Virus record (IMG/VR): IMGVR_UViG_3300000053_000001
Location: 1-36,328 of that record
Length of the DNA: 36,328 bases
Direction: 5' to 3' (one strand)
Origin: a virus
In this document: positions 1 through 7,824 of the stretch, piece by piece
Layout: each line of letters opens with the position of its first letter
How positions within the stretch are numbered: position 1 is the stretch's first letter
The notes under the pieces: model-generated
What the model was told of the DNA's origin: nothing
What the model saw: the letters and a program-made list of their open reading frames with translations, nothing else
The model's database searches: none
Position numbers and translations under genes: made by a program

Positions 1-87
1 CCCCCATTCTATACGTATAGAATGGGGGGAGGGTGTATGCACCTTTGGCCCTATCTACCAGTGGCTCAGATCATGCCTTATGGCTAT
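1..87. repeat. Terminal direct duplication (identical to 36242-36328); assembly overlap of a closed sequence
   Basis: The first 87 nt and last 87 nt read identically (cccccattctatacgtatag...atggctat). Unique length is 36,241 bp. Confidence 0.95.
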
Positions 88-165
88 AGGTGTATGGACT
101 TGGTGAGTAGGGCTTGCGGTGTATAGTTGCGGTGTGTAGAATTTGCGCTAGGGTTTACGGTGTAT
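32..165 (+). repeat. Five direct GGTGTAT (one GGTGTGT) motifs between telRL and tel; tos-like flanking repeats
   Basis: GGTGTAT at 32-38, 89-95, 118-124 and 159-165; GGTGTGT at 131-137. The same heptamer forms part of the telRL arms. Confidence 0.6.
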
Positions 166-183
166 GCCTAAAGGAGGCTAGCC

Positions 184-1749
184 ATGGGTGGGGAATCGAG
201 ACAGAAGGTCGAGTTGGGCGAGCTGATCGAGCAGCTGCTAAAGGACGTGCGGGCTATCGACGGCAATGCGGAGCTGAGCAGAGGCGACAAGACCAAGCGC
301 CTGACCAGGCTCGCGGCCAGGCTGAAAAACACGCTGTTCGAGGACCGCCGGCGCAAGGAAGAGGACAAGCTCGCGGCGTCGAGTTATCGCCGGTACCTGA
401 CCACGATTCGCAAGGCGGTCACCGCGCAGAACTGGCGGCACCACTCGCTCGAGGAGACGATAGGCCGGATGGCCAGGCGGCACCCGCGCTGGGCCGAGCA
501 GCTCGAGGCGATGGGCGCGCATGCGCAGATCAGCGAGGTGCGCCTCGCTCACCGCGACCTGCTGGCCGAGGTGCGCCGTGCTGGCGACTCTGACGCCTAC
601 GACGATATCCGCGCGATGAAGCTCGACCACGAGATCATGCGTCACCTGACGCTGCCGGCCGCGACCAAGGCCGACCTGGCCGACGAGCAGCTCGAGCGCA
701 TCGAGGAGCGGTCGACGAATACGGTCGAGATCAATTACCACTGGCTGATGGCGACGATCGACGGCCTGCTGAGCCAGCAGCAACTGCGCGCCGATGGCTC
801 GGCCGCGCCCTACTTCTCGCACCTGGCGCTGGGGTTGGCGCTGGCCACCGGGCGTCGCGAGATCGAGGTGCTCAAACTGGGCCGCTTCAAGAAGGTGGCC
901 GAGTTCGAGCTCGAATTTTCCGGCCAGGCCAAGCGGCGCGAGGGCGTCGACTACAGCGAGACATTCCGGATTTACACCCTGGTGAAGGCCGACGAGGTGC
1001 TCGAGGCATTCGCCAAGCTGCGCGCCCTGCCCGAGGTGCTCGAGCTGCAGCACCTGTCGAACGTCGAGGTGAACCGCCGCGTGGCCAAGACCCTGAACAC
1101 GCTAGCCAAGCGCGTTTTCGGCAGCGAGGAGCGGGTTTTCAAGGACAGCCGGTCGATCTGGGCGCGGATCGTGTTCGAGCGCTACTTCGGCCAGGATGCG
1201 CGCTGGAAGAAGGTCAACGAGGATGTGTTCTGGCAGGAGATGCTCGGGCACGAGGGGATGAAGTCGCAGATCCACTACAAGGCCTTCAAGATCGACTATG
1301 TCGAGTCGGCGGCGGCAGCGGGCGCCGTGGCGGGCAAGTGGGCGAATCGCCTCGAGGCGCTGCAGGCGCTCGACGAGCACGAGCGGATCCGCGCGAGCTC
1401 GTCGCTGCACCGCATTCATCAATGGGTGAAAGAGACCGTGAAGGCTGCGCCCGAGGCGCGGATCTCGCAAAAGGCGATCGCCACGAACGTGGGCAGCTAC
1501 CGGCCGAACATCAAGGAGTACCTCGACCTCGCCGGCGAGGCGCTGGCCACGCCGAACCATTCGCTGGAGGCGGTCGCGCTCGAGGTGCCCGACCAGGTCG
1601 CCAAGGCGAAGCCTCGGATGGTGGCGCACATGCAGGAAAGCGGGCTATACCGGGCAACCGCAACGATCAATGGGGTGGTGGTCGCTACGGCCGAACACGC
1701 CGACCGCATGACCGCCATGGCCGAGGCCTTCAAGAAGGCCGGCGGCTAG
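184..1749 (+). CDS. tel: Protelomerase (telomere resolvase, TelN/TelK family)
   Basis: 521 aa with GGAGG 6 nt upstream of the ATG. It has tyrosine-recombinase-like boxes (LALATGRREIEVL; SRSIWARIVFERYF; GHEGMKSQIHYKAFK, with the HYK Tyr as in TelN). It is adjacent to telRL. Confidence 0.85.
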   Translation: MGGESRQKVELGELIEQLLKDVRAIDGNAELSRGDKTKRLTRLAARLKNTLFEDRRRKEEDKLAASSYRRYLTTIRKAVTAQNWRHHSLEETIGRMARRHPRWAEQLEAMGAHAQISEVRLAHRDLLAEVRRAGDSDAYDDIRAMKLDHEIMRHLTLPAATKADLADEQLERIEERSTNTVEINYHWLMATIDGLLSQQQLRADGSAAPYFSHLALGLALATGRREIEVLKLGRFKKVAEFELEFSGQAKRREGVDYSETFRIYTLVKADEVLEAFAKLRALPEVLELQHLSNVEVNRRVAKTLNTLAKRVFGSEERVFKDSRSIWARIVFERYFGQDARWKKVNEDVFWQEMLGHEGMKSQIHYKAFKIDYVESAAAAGAVAGKWANRLEALQALDEHERIRASSSLHRIHQWVKETVKAAPEARISQKAIATNVGSYRPNIKEYLDLAGEALATPNHSLEAVALEVPDQVAKAKPRMVAHMQESGLYRATATINGVVVATAEHADRMTAMAEAFKKAGG

Positions 1750-1997
1750 CAGGGAACAGGCACGCCACCGTGCCTTGTGCAGCGCACTCTACAGCCGGGG
1801 CTTGCCCCGGCTTTTGCCGTAAGGCGTAGGCCTCCTCGAGCGCTTCGGCGGCCTGCTCCTGCAGCTCCTGAACCGAGGCGACCGCCTCGAGGATCTGCTC
1901 GAGGCTGACCTGCTGCGCGCTGGCCTGGACCATCACCAGCAGGGCCTGTGCCCTGCGGAGCTTGCTTGCTGCGGCGTCCATCCGTTCCATGCTCATC
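1730..1997 (-). CDS. Hypothetical small coiled-coil protein downstream of repA
   Basis: ATG at 1997 has GGAGGAGGG about 11 nt upstream, and third-position GC is high over the first ~65 codons. The 3' tail runs through the tel terminator, so the true end and the reality of the gene are uncertain. Confidence 0.35.
1793..1816 (+). terminator. Intrinsic terminator after tel
   Basis: AGCCGGGG-cttg-CCCCGGCT stem followed by TTTT. A second 7-bp hairpin lies at 1758-1775. Confidence 0.6.
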
Positions 1998-2047
1998 AAC
2001 CGACTGCCCTCCTCTGGCGATGATGCCATTTTGCTTTTACTGTTCAC

Positions 2048-5000
2048 TTATACAGTATCCCACTGCGCGGACGTCCCGAGAAGCTTCTCGGCGTAGGCCA
2101 GTGTGCGGTTAATTGACGTATCCGTTACCCGACCGCTCACGAACCCCTGCGCCACCTCCGGAGCCAGCGCCCCCACCAGTCGCGCCAGCGATATGCCGGA
2201 GGGGCGGTAACAGCGAGAAGCAACGGCGAGGAGCTTCTCGATCATCTCCAGAGAGTGATACTTTTCATCTGTGCTTATACCCTCACAATGCAAAGTATCA
2301 CTGTCGCTGCAGGTCACGGGCTGCGGGGCTTCCAGCCCGATGGGAAGGTCGTCGGGCGACGGCTTGGGCTGGTAGTCGCTGGCAGCCTCGTGGGTCGTCA
2401 GCGAGTGCACGCCAAGCGCCTGACGACGCAAGACGTAGACCATCACGAAGGACCACCGGTCGGCATTGATCGAGAACAGGTTGCGCCCGTTGCTGGCGCG
2501 CTTCTCAACCGCAAGGCCAAAGCGCTCGAGCACCGACTTGACCAGCGTGGTGGCGCACACTTTGGCGCTGACGCTGTGCAGATGCCGGCCAACGCGCAGG
2601 GCGTTGTAGGCATCAAGCGCCTGCTGGCTCGCGGTGATCTTGGCGAGAATCTGCTTGCACTGCTCGGCAGAGAACTCGCCGGCACCGGTGTGGCGGTCGA
2701 GGCCGAGGGTCTCGAACAGTTCCACCAGGAACGCCCGCGCCGCGGTCTTGTAGCGGTGCTGAGTGAGCACGACGCGGGCCTTGCGCTGCGCCTCGTCATA
2801 GGCCCTCGCCTGGGCTTCATCGGCCTGCAGCAGCTCGACAGCCACGACCTTGGCGATACCCCGGTCATCGTAGAAGGAAACGTCGTCCTCGGTGGGCTCG
2901 TCCACGCCCAGCTGGTGCGCAAGGTGGTAGCGGTCAACCTGGGCGCTTTCTGTCTCGCTGCGCACTTCCTGACGGTTGAGGCGGCCGAAGGTCTCCTCGT
3001 CGGGCACCTCGACACTGGTCAGCAGATCCATGCGCCTGGCGAAGACGAGCTCGCCCGCGTGCTTGCGGTTGCTGCGACTCTCCTTCGTGCGCTCGGGGTC
3101 GTCGAGATCCGCGCGCGCGACTTTGTAGCCGTCAGCGATCAGCATCAACAGGAGGTTGTTGGCGAAATCATTGCGTGCCTTGTTTTCAGTGGTGACGCTG
3201 GTCAGGTACAAATGATCAAAAGCGGTTTTCTTCCTGACGAAACGCGCCTCGCCGGCATCCTCCTCGAATGCAAAGGTGACCTCGTCGAGCTGCATCAGCC
3301 CGCGATAGATGGCCTCCGGGTCCGTGGCGCGCTGGGCTGAGCTGTGGCCGATGCCGACCAGGTACTCGCGCGCAGTACGGTCGCGGCGCAGCATCTGAAC
3401 GGCGTCGGAGGGGCTCACGGTGTTGCCGCTGAACAGACCTACATGGCGCTCGAAGTGGGGCGTGGTCATGGACACGCCCGAGCTGATCGCCGGCGAGTAG
3501 ATCAGGACGTCGTACTTCACCGCCTCGGCGTTGGGGCTGCGCAAGAAGGCCTCGACATTCGGGTCGGCCTTGCTGTCGGCATGCACCAAGAGCATGCGCA
3601 CCGGCTTGCATTCGCCGTGCTCGATGCGCTCCTCGATCAGGGCCGCCAGCTTCTTGGCCGACTCGGCCGAATCGTTCGCGACCAAGACGCGCTTGCCGGC
3701 GCAGATCCAGTCGAGAGCGACCTGCCATGCGGTCTCGTCGTCGGTGTGATTGACGCGGATGTGATCGGTCTGACCGACGACCTCGAGGATGGTGATCGTC
3801 TGGCCGGGGCGTGCGAGCTCGCAGAATTCGACCACCGCGTCGTTGGCGTCGGCGTCGCAGAGCAGCACGCGCCGCGCGGAGGCGACCGCGTCGAGCAGGG
3901 CATCGAACACGCGCACGCGGCCGTCAACCGGCCCGGTGGCAGTGTGGCTGATCACTTGACTGGCTTCGTCGATGCAGAGCGTGTCGACGGTGGTAAACCA
4001 CGACCTCTCGTCGGTGTTGTAGAACTTGGGATGGGTCAACGAGTTGACGCAGCAAGCCAGGTGCGAGACGTCGCGCATCCAGGCGGCCGAGACCTGCTGG
4101 TAGTGCTGGATATTCAGGCGCGAGGCAGCGTCGTCGAGCAGCGAGACGCGGTGGGCGATATAAGCCGCTTTCGGGGCAGCCTGCATCAGAGGCGCGATCA
4201 GTTTCTCGGTCTTGCCGGAGCCCATCGGCGCACGGCTGATGATCATTCCCTCGAGGGAGTCGACCAGGTCGGCGAAGTGGGCCGGCAGCTCAATACCACC
4301 GTGCGCGGCACGCACGCCTTCGACGCGCAGGTGCTGCACGTGAGGCTTGGCCAGTGTGGCAGCGGAAAAGCCGCGCAGCTCGCGGGCCTGCTGCAGCTTC
4401 TGGTCGGCCAGCCATTTGACGAAGCGGCGGAGCTTGAGGCGGTCGACCGCGACGCCCGCCGGGATGCGCTCAAGCACCAGGCGCAGCACTTCGCTGCCGG
4501 TGTAGCGAATCGGCACCAGGAGCATGCCCGCGGCTGCCGCCGACTTAGCGGCCTTCTCTGCGGTGACGCCGGAGTAGCCGAGGCGCTGCAGGCTGTAGGC
4601 GAACCAGTCTTTCTCGGCACGCAGCACGCTGTCGCGCGCGCGCAGGGCCTTGGCCGTGGCAGCCAGGCCGAACAGGCAGTGGTAGTCGTTCCAGTCGGTC
4701 GGCCCCTTGCGGCTCGCCCGCGCGATCTCGATCGCCTGCTCGCCGATCTCGGCGAAGCTGGGGAGGATGGCCGGGTGCTGCAGCTCGCGGTGGATCTCGA
4801 GCCCGGCCAGCACGCCGGCGTTGCCCTTGTCCGACTTCCAGCAGTCGTTGTCGGCGGCGTTGTGGAAGCGCCAGGCCGGGTAGTGCCTGGTGTACTGGCG
4901 CAGCACCTTGCCGAGGTTGTCGACGTTGAAGGCGACCACGACGGCCACGTCGTTGCCAGCCTCGAGCTCGGCCAGATAGACGCTGGCGCCGGTAGCGAAG

Positions 5001-5845
5001 CCCTCGACGCTGTAGCGGCGGTCGGCGGTTTCGAGGTCGCCGAGGATGCAGTGGGCGCCGTCCATCCTGACGCCAGTGCCCTGCATTTTCTTGTCGGCAT
5101 AGAGTCGCTGCACGCCGAGAAACCCACCGGAGATATTGAGCAGCGGCACGGCGGTGAATTCGCCGTGACTGTCACGCATACGCTGCATTTTGAAGCGTGA
5201 CGCGATGGCGCCGATCTGTTTCGCCTGAAGGTAGGGGGCGCTGCCGTCCTCCTCGCCGATGACCTCGACGAAGCCCTTGCACAGCTTGCCGCCGACCTCG
5301 CGCTCGAACTCGTGACGCCCGCCGCAATGCCACGCGGCCTCATAGGCCAGCCGCTCGCGGTGGATCCGCGCCTCGGCTTCTGCCCGGCGTTGCTCGGCCT
5401 CTTTCTGCGCAGCCTCACGCTTGGCACGCTGCTCTTCCTGCCGCGCCAGCCATTGCTGGTGCTTCTCGCTGGCGACATTGCCGCCTTCGCGCCTATAGAG
5501 ATCGGCGAGCGCGACGAGGCCCGACCAGGTGACGTGGCCGTATGCCGGGTTGTTGTTGTTGAAGGTGAAGAAGGGGTACTCGAAGTCGTCGCCGCGCTTG
5601 GTGTCGCCCCACGCCATGACCTTGCCGCGGTGGGTCTTGTCGGTGACGCCGTCCTTGCCCTTCGGCCGCGCCTTGTCGCCGCGCAGGCCGATATCGTTGC
5701 GAATGGCTGACCAGCGAATGCCGACACTGGCGGCGGCGTCGGCGATATCGCCGTCGAAAAAGTCGATCAGTGACCAGGGGTCGGAGCGGAACCGTTCGGC
5801 GTAGAACCGGGCCAGTGCGCTTGTGTTGTCCTTAGCGTCTTGCAT
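2048..5845 (-). CDS. repA: RepA-like replication protein (TOPRIM primase + P-loop helicase), N15 RepA type
   Basis: 1265 aa from the ATG at 5845 (AAGGA upstream). TOPRIM-like acidic motifs VEGFATGASV and HNAADNDCW are present, as are Walker A PMGSGKTEK and Walker B-like LCIDEASQV. The gene sits next to tel, as in N15-like phages. Confidence 0.8.
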   Translation of the reverse strand: MQDAKDNTSALARFYAERFRSDPWSLIDFFDGDIADAAASVGIRWSAIRNDIGLRGDKARPKGKDGVTDKTHRGKVMAWGDTKRGDDFEYPFFTFNNNNPAYGHVTWSGLVALADLYRREGGNVASEKHQQWLARQEEQRAKREAAQKEAEQRRAEAEARIHRERLAYEAAWHCGGRHEFEREVGGKLCKGFVEVIGEEDGSAPYLQAKQIGAIASRFKMQRMRDSHGEFTAVPLLNISGGFLGVQRLYADKKMQGTGVRMDGAHCILGDLETADRRYSVEGFATGASVYLAELEAGNDVAVVVAFNVDNLGKVLRQYTRHYPAWRFHNAADNDCWKSDKGNAGVLAGLEIHRELQHPAILPSFAEIGEQAIEIARASRKGPTDWNDYHCLFGLAATAKALRARDSVLRAEKDWFAYSLQRLGYSGVTAEKAAKSAAAAGMLLVPIRYTGSEVLRLVLERIPAGVAVDRLKLRRFVKWLADQKLQQARELRGFSAATLAKPHVQHLRVEGVRAAHGGIELPAHFADLVDSLEGMIISRAPMGSGKTEKLIAPLMQAAPKAAYIAHRVSLLDDAASRLNIQHYQQVSAAWMRDVSHLACCVNSLTHPKFYNTDERSWFTTVDTLCIDEASQVISHTATGPVDGRVRVFDALLDAVASARRVLLCDADANDAVVEFCELARPGQTITILEVVGQTDHIRVNHTDDETAWQVALDWICAGKRVLVANDSAESAKKLAALIEERIEHGECKPVRMLLVHADSKADPNVEAFLRSPNAEAVKYDVLIYSPAISSGVSMTTPHFERHVGLFSGNTVSPSDAVQMLRRDRTAREYLVGIGHSSAQRATDPEAIYRGLMQLDEVTFAFEEDAGEARFVRKKTAFDHLYLTSVTTENKARNDFANNLLLMLIADGYKVARADLDDPERTKESRSNRKHAGELVFARRMDLLTSVEVPDEETFGRLNRQEVRSETESAQVDRYHLAHQLGVDEPTEDDVSFYDDRGIAKVVAVELLQADEAQARAYDEAQRKARVVLTQHRYKTAARAFLVELFETLGLDRHTGAGEFSAEQCKQILAKITASQQALDAYNALRVGRHLHSVSAKVCATTLVKSVLERFGLAVEKRASNGRNLFSINADRWSFVMVYVLRRQALGVHSLTTHEAASDYQPKPSPDDLPIGLEAPQPVTCSDSDTLHCEGISTDEKYHSLEMIEKLLAVASRCYRPSGISLARLVGALAPEVAQGFVSGRVTDTSINRTLAYAEKLLGTSAQWDTV
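2254..2302. repeat. 11-bp perfect inverted repeat in an AT-rich island inside the repA 3' end (candidate ori)
   Basis: AGTGATACTTT (2254-2264) pairs with AAAGTATCACT (2292-2302) across a 27-bp A/T-rich spacer. The local composition is clearly lower in GC than the rest of repA. Confidence 0.35.
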
Positions 5846-5856
5846 GTTGTTCCTTT

Positions 5857-5889
5857 GCACAAAAACGCAAAAGCACAAAAGAACAATCC
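5857..5889. repeat. Iteron-like A-rich motif cluster (locus A) immediately upstream of repA
   Basis: The sequence is GCACAAAAACGCAAAAGCACAAAAGAACAATCC. ACAAAAGAACAA (5875-5886) is identical to 35879-35890 in the parA iterons. CAAAAGCACAAAA (5868-5880) is identical to the reverse complement of 12684-12696. Confidence 0.6.
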
Positions 5890-5890
5890 G

Positions 5891-5918
5891 TTGACGACAC
5901 CCTGACGGGGTTTAGACT
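5891..5918 (+). promoter_or_regulatory. Candidate sigma70 promoter pointing away from repA
   Basis: TTGACG (5891-5896), a 16-nt spacer, then TAGACT (5913-5918). Confidence 0.35.
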
Positions 5919-5924
5919 TGATGG

Positions 5925-6063
5925 TGTGAAAGCGCTGACACCCTTGATTTTCCCTGCCCGCAAAACAGGTAAATCGCTAACAAGGTGAAGCACTTTGGGT
6001 TTTTCAAGTCTTCTGCGTCATCGGATCAGCCCCGGGTTTTCCAGACCCGGGGCTTTTTCTTTT
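5925..6063 (+). ncRNA. Candidate ~140-nt small RNA between repA and cI
   Basis: The promoter-like element above is followed ~110 nt later by a strong plus-strand intrinsic terminator. There is no ORF of any size with an RBS in between. Confidence 0.35.
6028..6063 (+). terminator. Strong unidirectional intrinsic terminator
   Basis: 10-bp stem AGCCCCGGGT / ACCCGGGGCT with a 7-nt loop, followed by TTTTTCTTTT. There is no T-run on the other strand. Confidence 0.75.
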
Positions 6064-6086
6064 CCGCTCTGCTGAAAAAGGTGGTG

Positions 6087-6106
6087 CTGCGGGATTAAGT
6101 CCGCAG
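6087..6106 (-). terminator. Possible weak terminator after cI
   Basis: 6-bp stem CTGCGG/CCGCAG. On the minus strand a TTTTT run follows only after ~7 nt. Confidence 0.25.
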
Positions 6107-6149
6107 TCTACGCCAGATTTTCAGTTCACTGAACCACCTGCAATTCTCT

Positions 6150-6827
6150 TTATCGAATAAGGCCGTTGGCGATGCGCATTTGCATGCCGGTGACGATGCC
6201 GATCACCCGAAAGTTGCCGTTGACCGAGGTCGGCGGGAACTGTGGGTTTAACGGTCGAAGGTAGCGAATCGAGCCGTCCTGAATCAACTTTTTGAAGGTC
6301 GGCTGCCCTGGGTTGTCGAGGTAGCCGATCACGAAGTCGTTCGGCTCTGCCTCCTGCCGCGGGTCGACGAAGATGACAGAGCCCACCGGGAAGGTCGGCC
6401 CGCTCGGCGCGTGCATGGTGTCGTCGCGCACGACCAGGGCGAACAGGCGCCCCGGCGGGTTGTCGGGCGGCATCACCCACGGCGTGCCGCTCGGCAGCCT
6501 TTCTATATCGGGGTCTTGAGCCCAGCCCGCAGCCATTTCCCACGGGATCACCGGTACCCGCTTGGCGGTCTCGGCCGGCGCCGAAGGCAGCCCCGCCGGT
6601 GGCGCCGAACTCAATGCCTCCTCTATCAGCGCGTCAATGGTGGTGCCCAATGCTCGCGCGAGGGCGTAGGCATTGAGCACGCTCGGCACGCTGCTGCCCT
6701 TCTCTATCGCCGACAGCGCGCTCGGATAAACCGCGTTATGTGATTCGTTGCACAGTCGCTGCAGCGACCAATGGCGGGCCATGCGGCGCCGCAAGATCGC
6801 AGGCCCAATCGAAAATTTGTCGTTCAT
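6150..6827 (-). CDS. cI: CI-type prophage repressor (HTH + S24/LexA-like autopeptidase domain)
   Basis: 226 aa from the ATG at 6827 (AAGAGGGG upstream). The C-terminal half aligns by eye with lambda CI (FALVVRDDTMHAPSGPTFPVGSVIFVDPRQEAEPNDF...TFKKLIQDGSIRYLRPLNPQFP). An Ala-Gly site lies in EMAAGWAQ. The gene is divergent from the early operon. Confidence 0.85.
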   Translation of the reverse strand: MNDKFSIGPAILRRRMARHWSLQRLCNESHNAVYPSALSAIEKGSSVPSVLNAYALARALGTTIDALIEEALSSAPPAGLPSAPAETAKRVPVIPWEMAAGWAQDPDIERLPSGTPWVMPPDNPPGRLFALVVRDDTMHAPSGPTFPVGSVIFVDPRQEAEPNDFVIGYLDNPGQPTFKKLIQDGSIRYLRPLNPQFPPTSVNGNFRVIGIVTGMQMRIANGLIR

Positions 6828-6919
6828 GGTGGCCCCTCTTAGTCCCCGCCTATTGTCCGTCCTGAATATGTGATAACTCCATCCAGCCCACTGAAAGAGT
6901 CTTGCTTGTTTCGTTCTGT

Positions 6920-6947
6920 TTGCTGAAAATGTAGCCATAACTACATT
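6920..6947 (+). promoter_or_regulatory. Candidate early rightward promoter
   Basis: TTGCTG (6920-6925), a 16-nt spacer, then TACATT (6942-6947). It is overlapped by the inverted repeat. Confidence 0.4.
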
Positions 6948-6950
6948 CAG
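6923..6950. promoter_or_regulatory. Operator-like inverted repeat overlapping the early promoter
   Basis: The repeat is CTGAAAATGTAG-ccataa-CTACATTCAG. A related half-site, CTGAATATGTGATAACT, lies at 6862-6878, and another CTGAA at 6891. Confidence 0.5.
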
Positions 6951-6974
6951 ACCCACAACGAGGGGGAAAGTGCT

Positions 6975-7592
6975 ATGGCGGCACGTACGGAGCGCGAGAT
7001 CGTGCTCGAGACCACGGGATTGTGGTTTCGACATTCGGAATGGTCGGTCGAGAAATTCGCCCACGAGCGACTGGCGCCTGCGCTGGTCGAGGCAGGGCTA
7101 CTCGAGCCCGAGGTGATTGCCTCGGCGACCGGCGACGAGTACCTGCGCTGCCGCAAAGCCTGGGGGCAGCGACTGAACCGGATTTTCAACGGAACCGCCC
7201 CCTTCCCCCTTGAATGGAAACAGGTCTGGATCGACTGCCTTCCCGAGGCCGAGGCGCGACTCGCGCAGCAAGCGTGCCTCGACCTGATCGGCGTTCCCAA
7301 CCTTCGCCTGCCGACGCTGGTGCAACCGCCGTCGCCGGGCACGCTCGCCCGCATGAGCGAAGTGCTGGAAGAGGTCGGGCAGTTCATCGCCGCCGCACGC
7401 CCCTCGCATAACGGCCGCTACGACCGAGCAGACGACCCGGCCGAGGTGGATCGCATGTTGAAGGAGGGCACCGACGCGGTGCTCGCCTTGATCAACGAGC
7501 TGGTGGCAGTTGCTGCCGGCACGGGCCGCCCGCTTCCGGCCCTGCAGCTGCTGATCAACCAAGAGCAGGAGCTAGCCCATGGCCAGGCGTGA
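6975..7592 (+). CDS. Hypothetical 205-aa protein, first gene of the early operon (occupies the Cro position but is not Cro-like)
   Basis: GAGGGGGA RBS and high third-position GC. I recognise no HTH. It has a weak, memory-based resemblance to phage 186 CII (CP76)-type regulators (RLNRIFNGTAPFPLEWKQVWIDCLP). Confidence 0.6.
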   Translation: MAARTEREIVLETTGLWFRHSEWSVEKFAHERLAPALVEAGLLEPEVIASATGDEYLRCRKAWGQRLNRIFNGTAPFPLEWKQVWIDCLPEAEARLAQQACLDLIGVPNLRLPTLVQPPSPGTLARMSEVLEEVGQFIAAARPSHNGRYDRADDPAEVDRMLKEGTDAVLALINELVAVAAGTGRPLPALQLLINQEQELAHGQA

Positions 7593-7824
7593 AAGGCGCG
7601 CCGAGGCGATGACCCCGGCCGAGCTCGACCTCGCGGTGCAGCGCTTTCGCGACGACGGCGGCAAGGTCATAGCCCTGGACTGGGCCGGCAAGGTAGTCGG
7701 TCTGACCGAGTGCGCGCAGCCCCCTGTCGCCGACGAGCTGCGGGCGATCAGGCGTGAGGCCGGCGACCTGCTTGCTCGGCTGAACGCGCTTGCTCCTCGC
7801 GTGCGGGAGGCCCGCCATGCTTGA
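7579..7824 (+). CDS. Hypothetical protein (81 aa)
   Basis: GGAG lies upstream, and it overlaps the previous gene by 14 nt. It is in operon context. Confidence 0.5.
   Translation: MARRERRAEAMTPAELDLAVQRFRDDGGKVIALDWAGKVVGLTECAQPPVADELRAIRREAGDLLARLNALAPRVREARHA

Noticed and set aside
1-87. An 87-bp direct terminal repeat as a biological DTR (packaging-related terminal redundancy).
   Set aside because: The terminase is lambda Nu1/GpA (cos) type, and the repeat begins inside the telRL palindrome. An overlap from closing or cutting a circular assembly is the simpler explanation.
238-1053. 271-aa ORF antisense to the protelomerase gene. Similar long antisense or off-frame ORFs occur at 3344-5200(+), 4243-5727(-), 2255-3340(+), 13924-15165(-), 16364-17155(-), 22143-22949(-), 25921-27273(-), 31255-32241(-) and elsewhere.
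   Set aside because: These are typical high-GC shadow ORFs. Their translations are Arg/Ala/Gly/Pro-rich and low-complexity, they have no RBS, and they lie entirely inside well-supported genes on the other strand or in another frame.
6120-6133. The palindrome TTCAGTtcACTGAA just downstream of cI, as an extra CI operator.
   Set aside because: It shares only the CTGAA pentamer with the 6923-6950 operator. Its half-site orientation and spacing differ from those of that operator. There is not enough evidence.
6121-7064. Longer versions of the repressor ORF (304 aa from 7064) and the off-frame ORF 6121-6543(-).
   Set aside because: The extended N-terminus would run through the operator/promoter region and the start of the divergent gene. 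The ATG at 6827 has a strong RBS and gives a CI-sized protein. The 6121-6543 ORF is an off-frame shadow.
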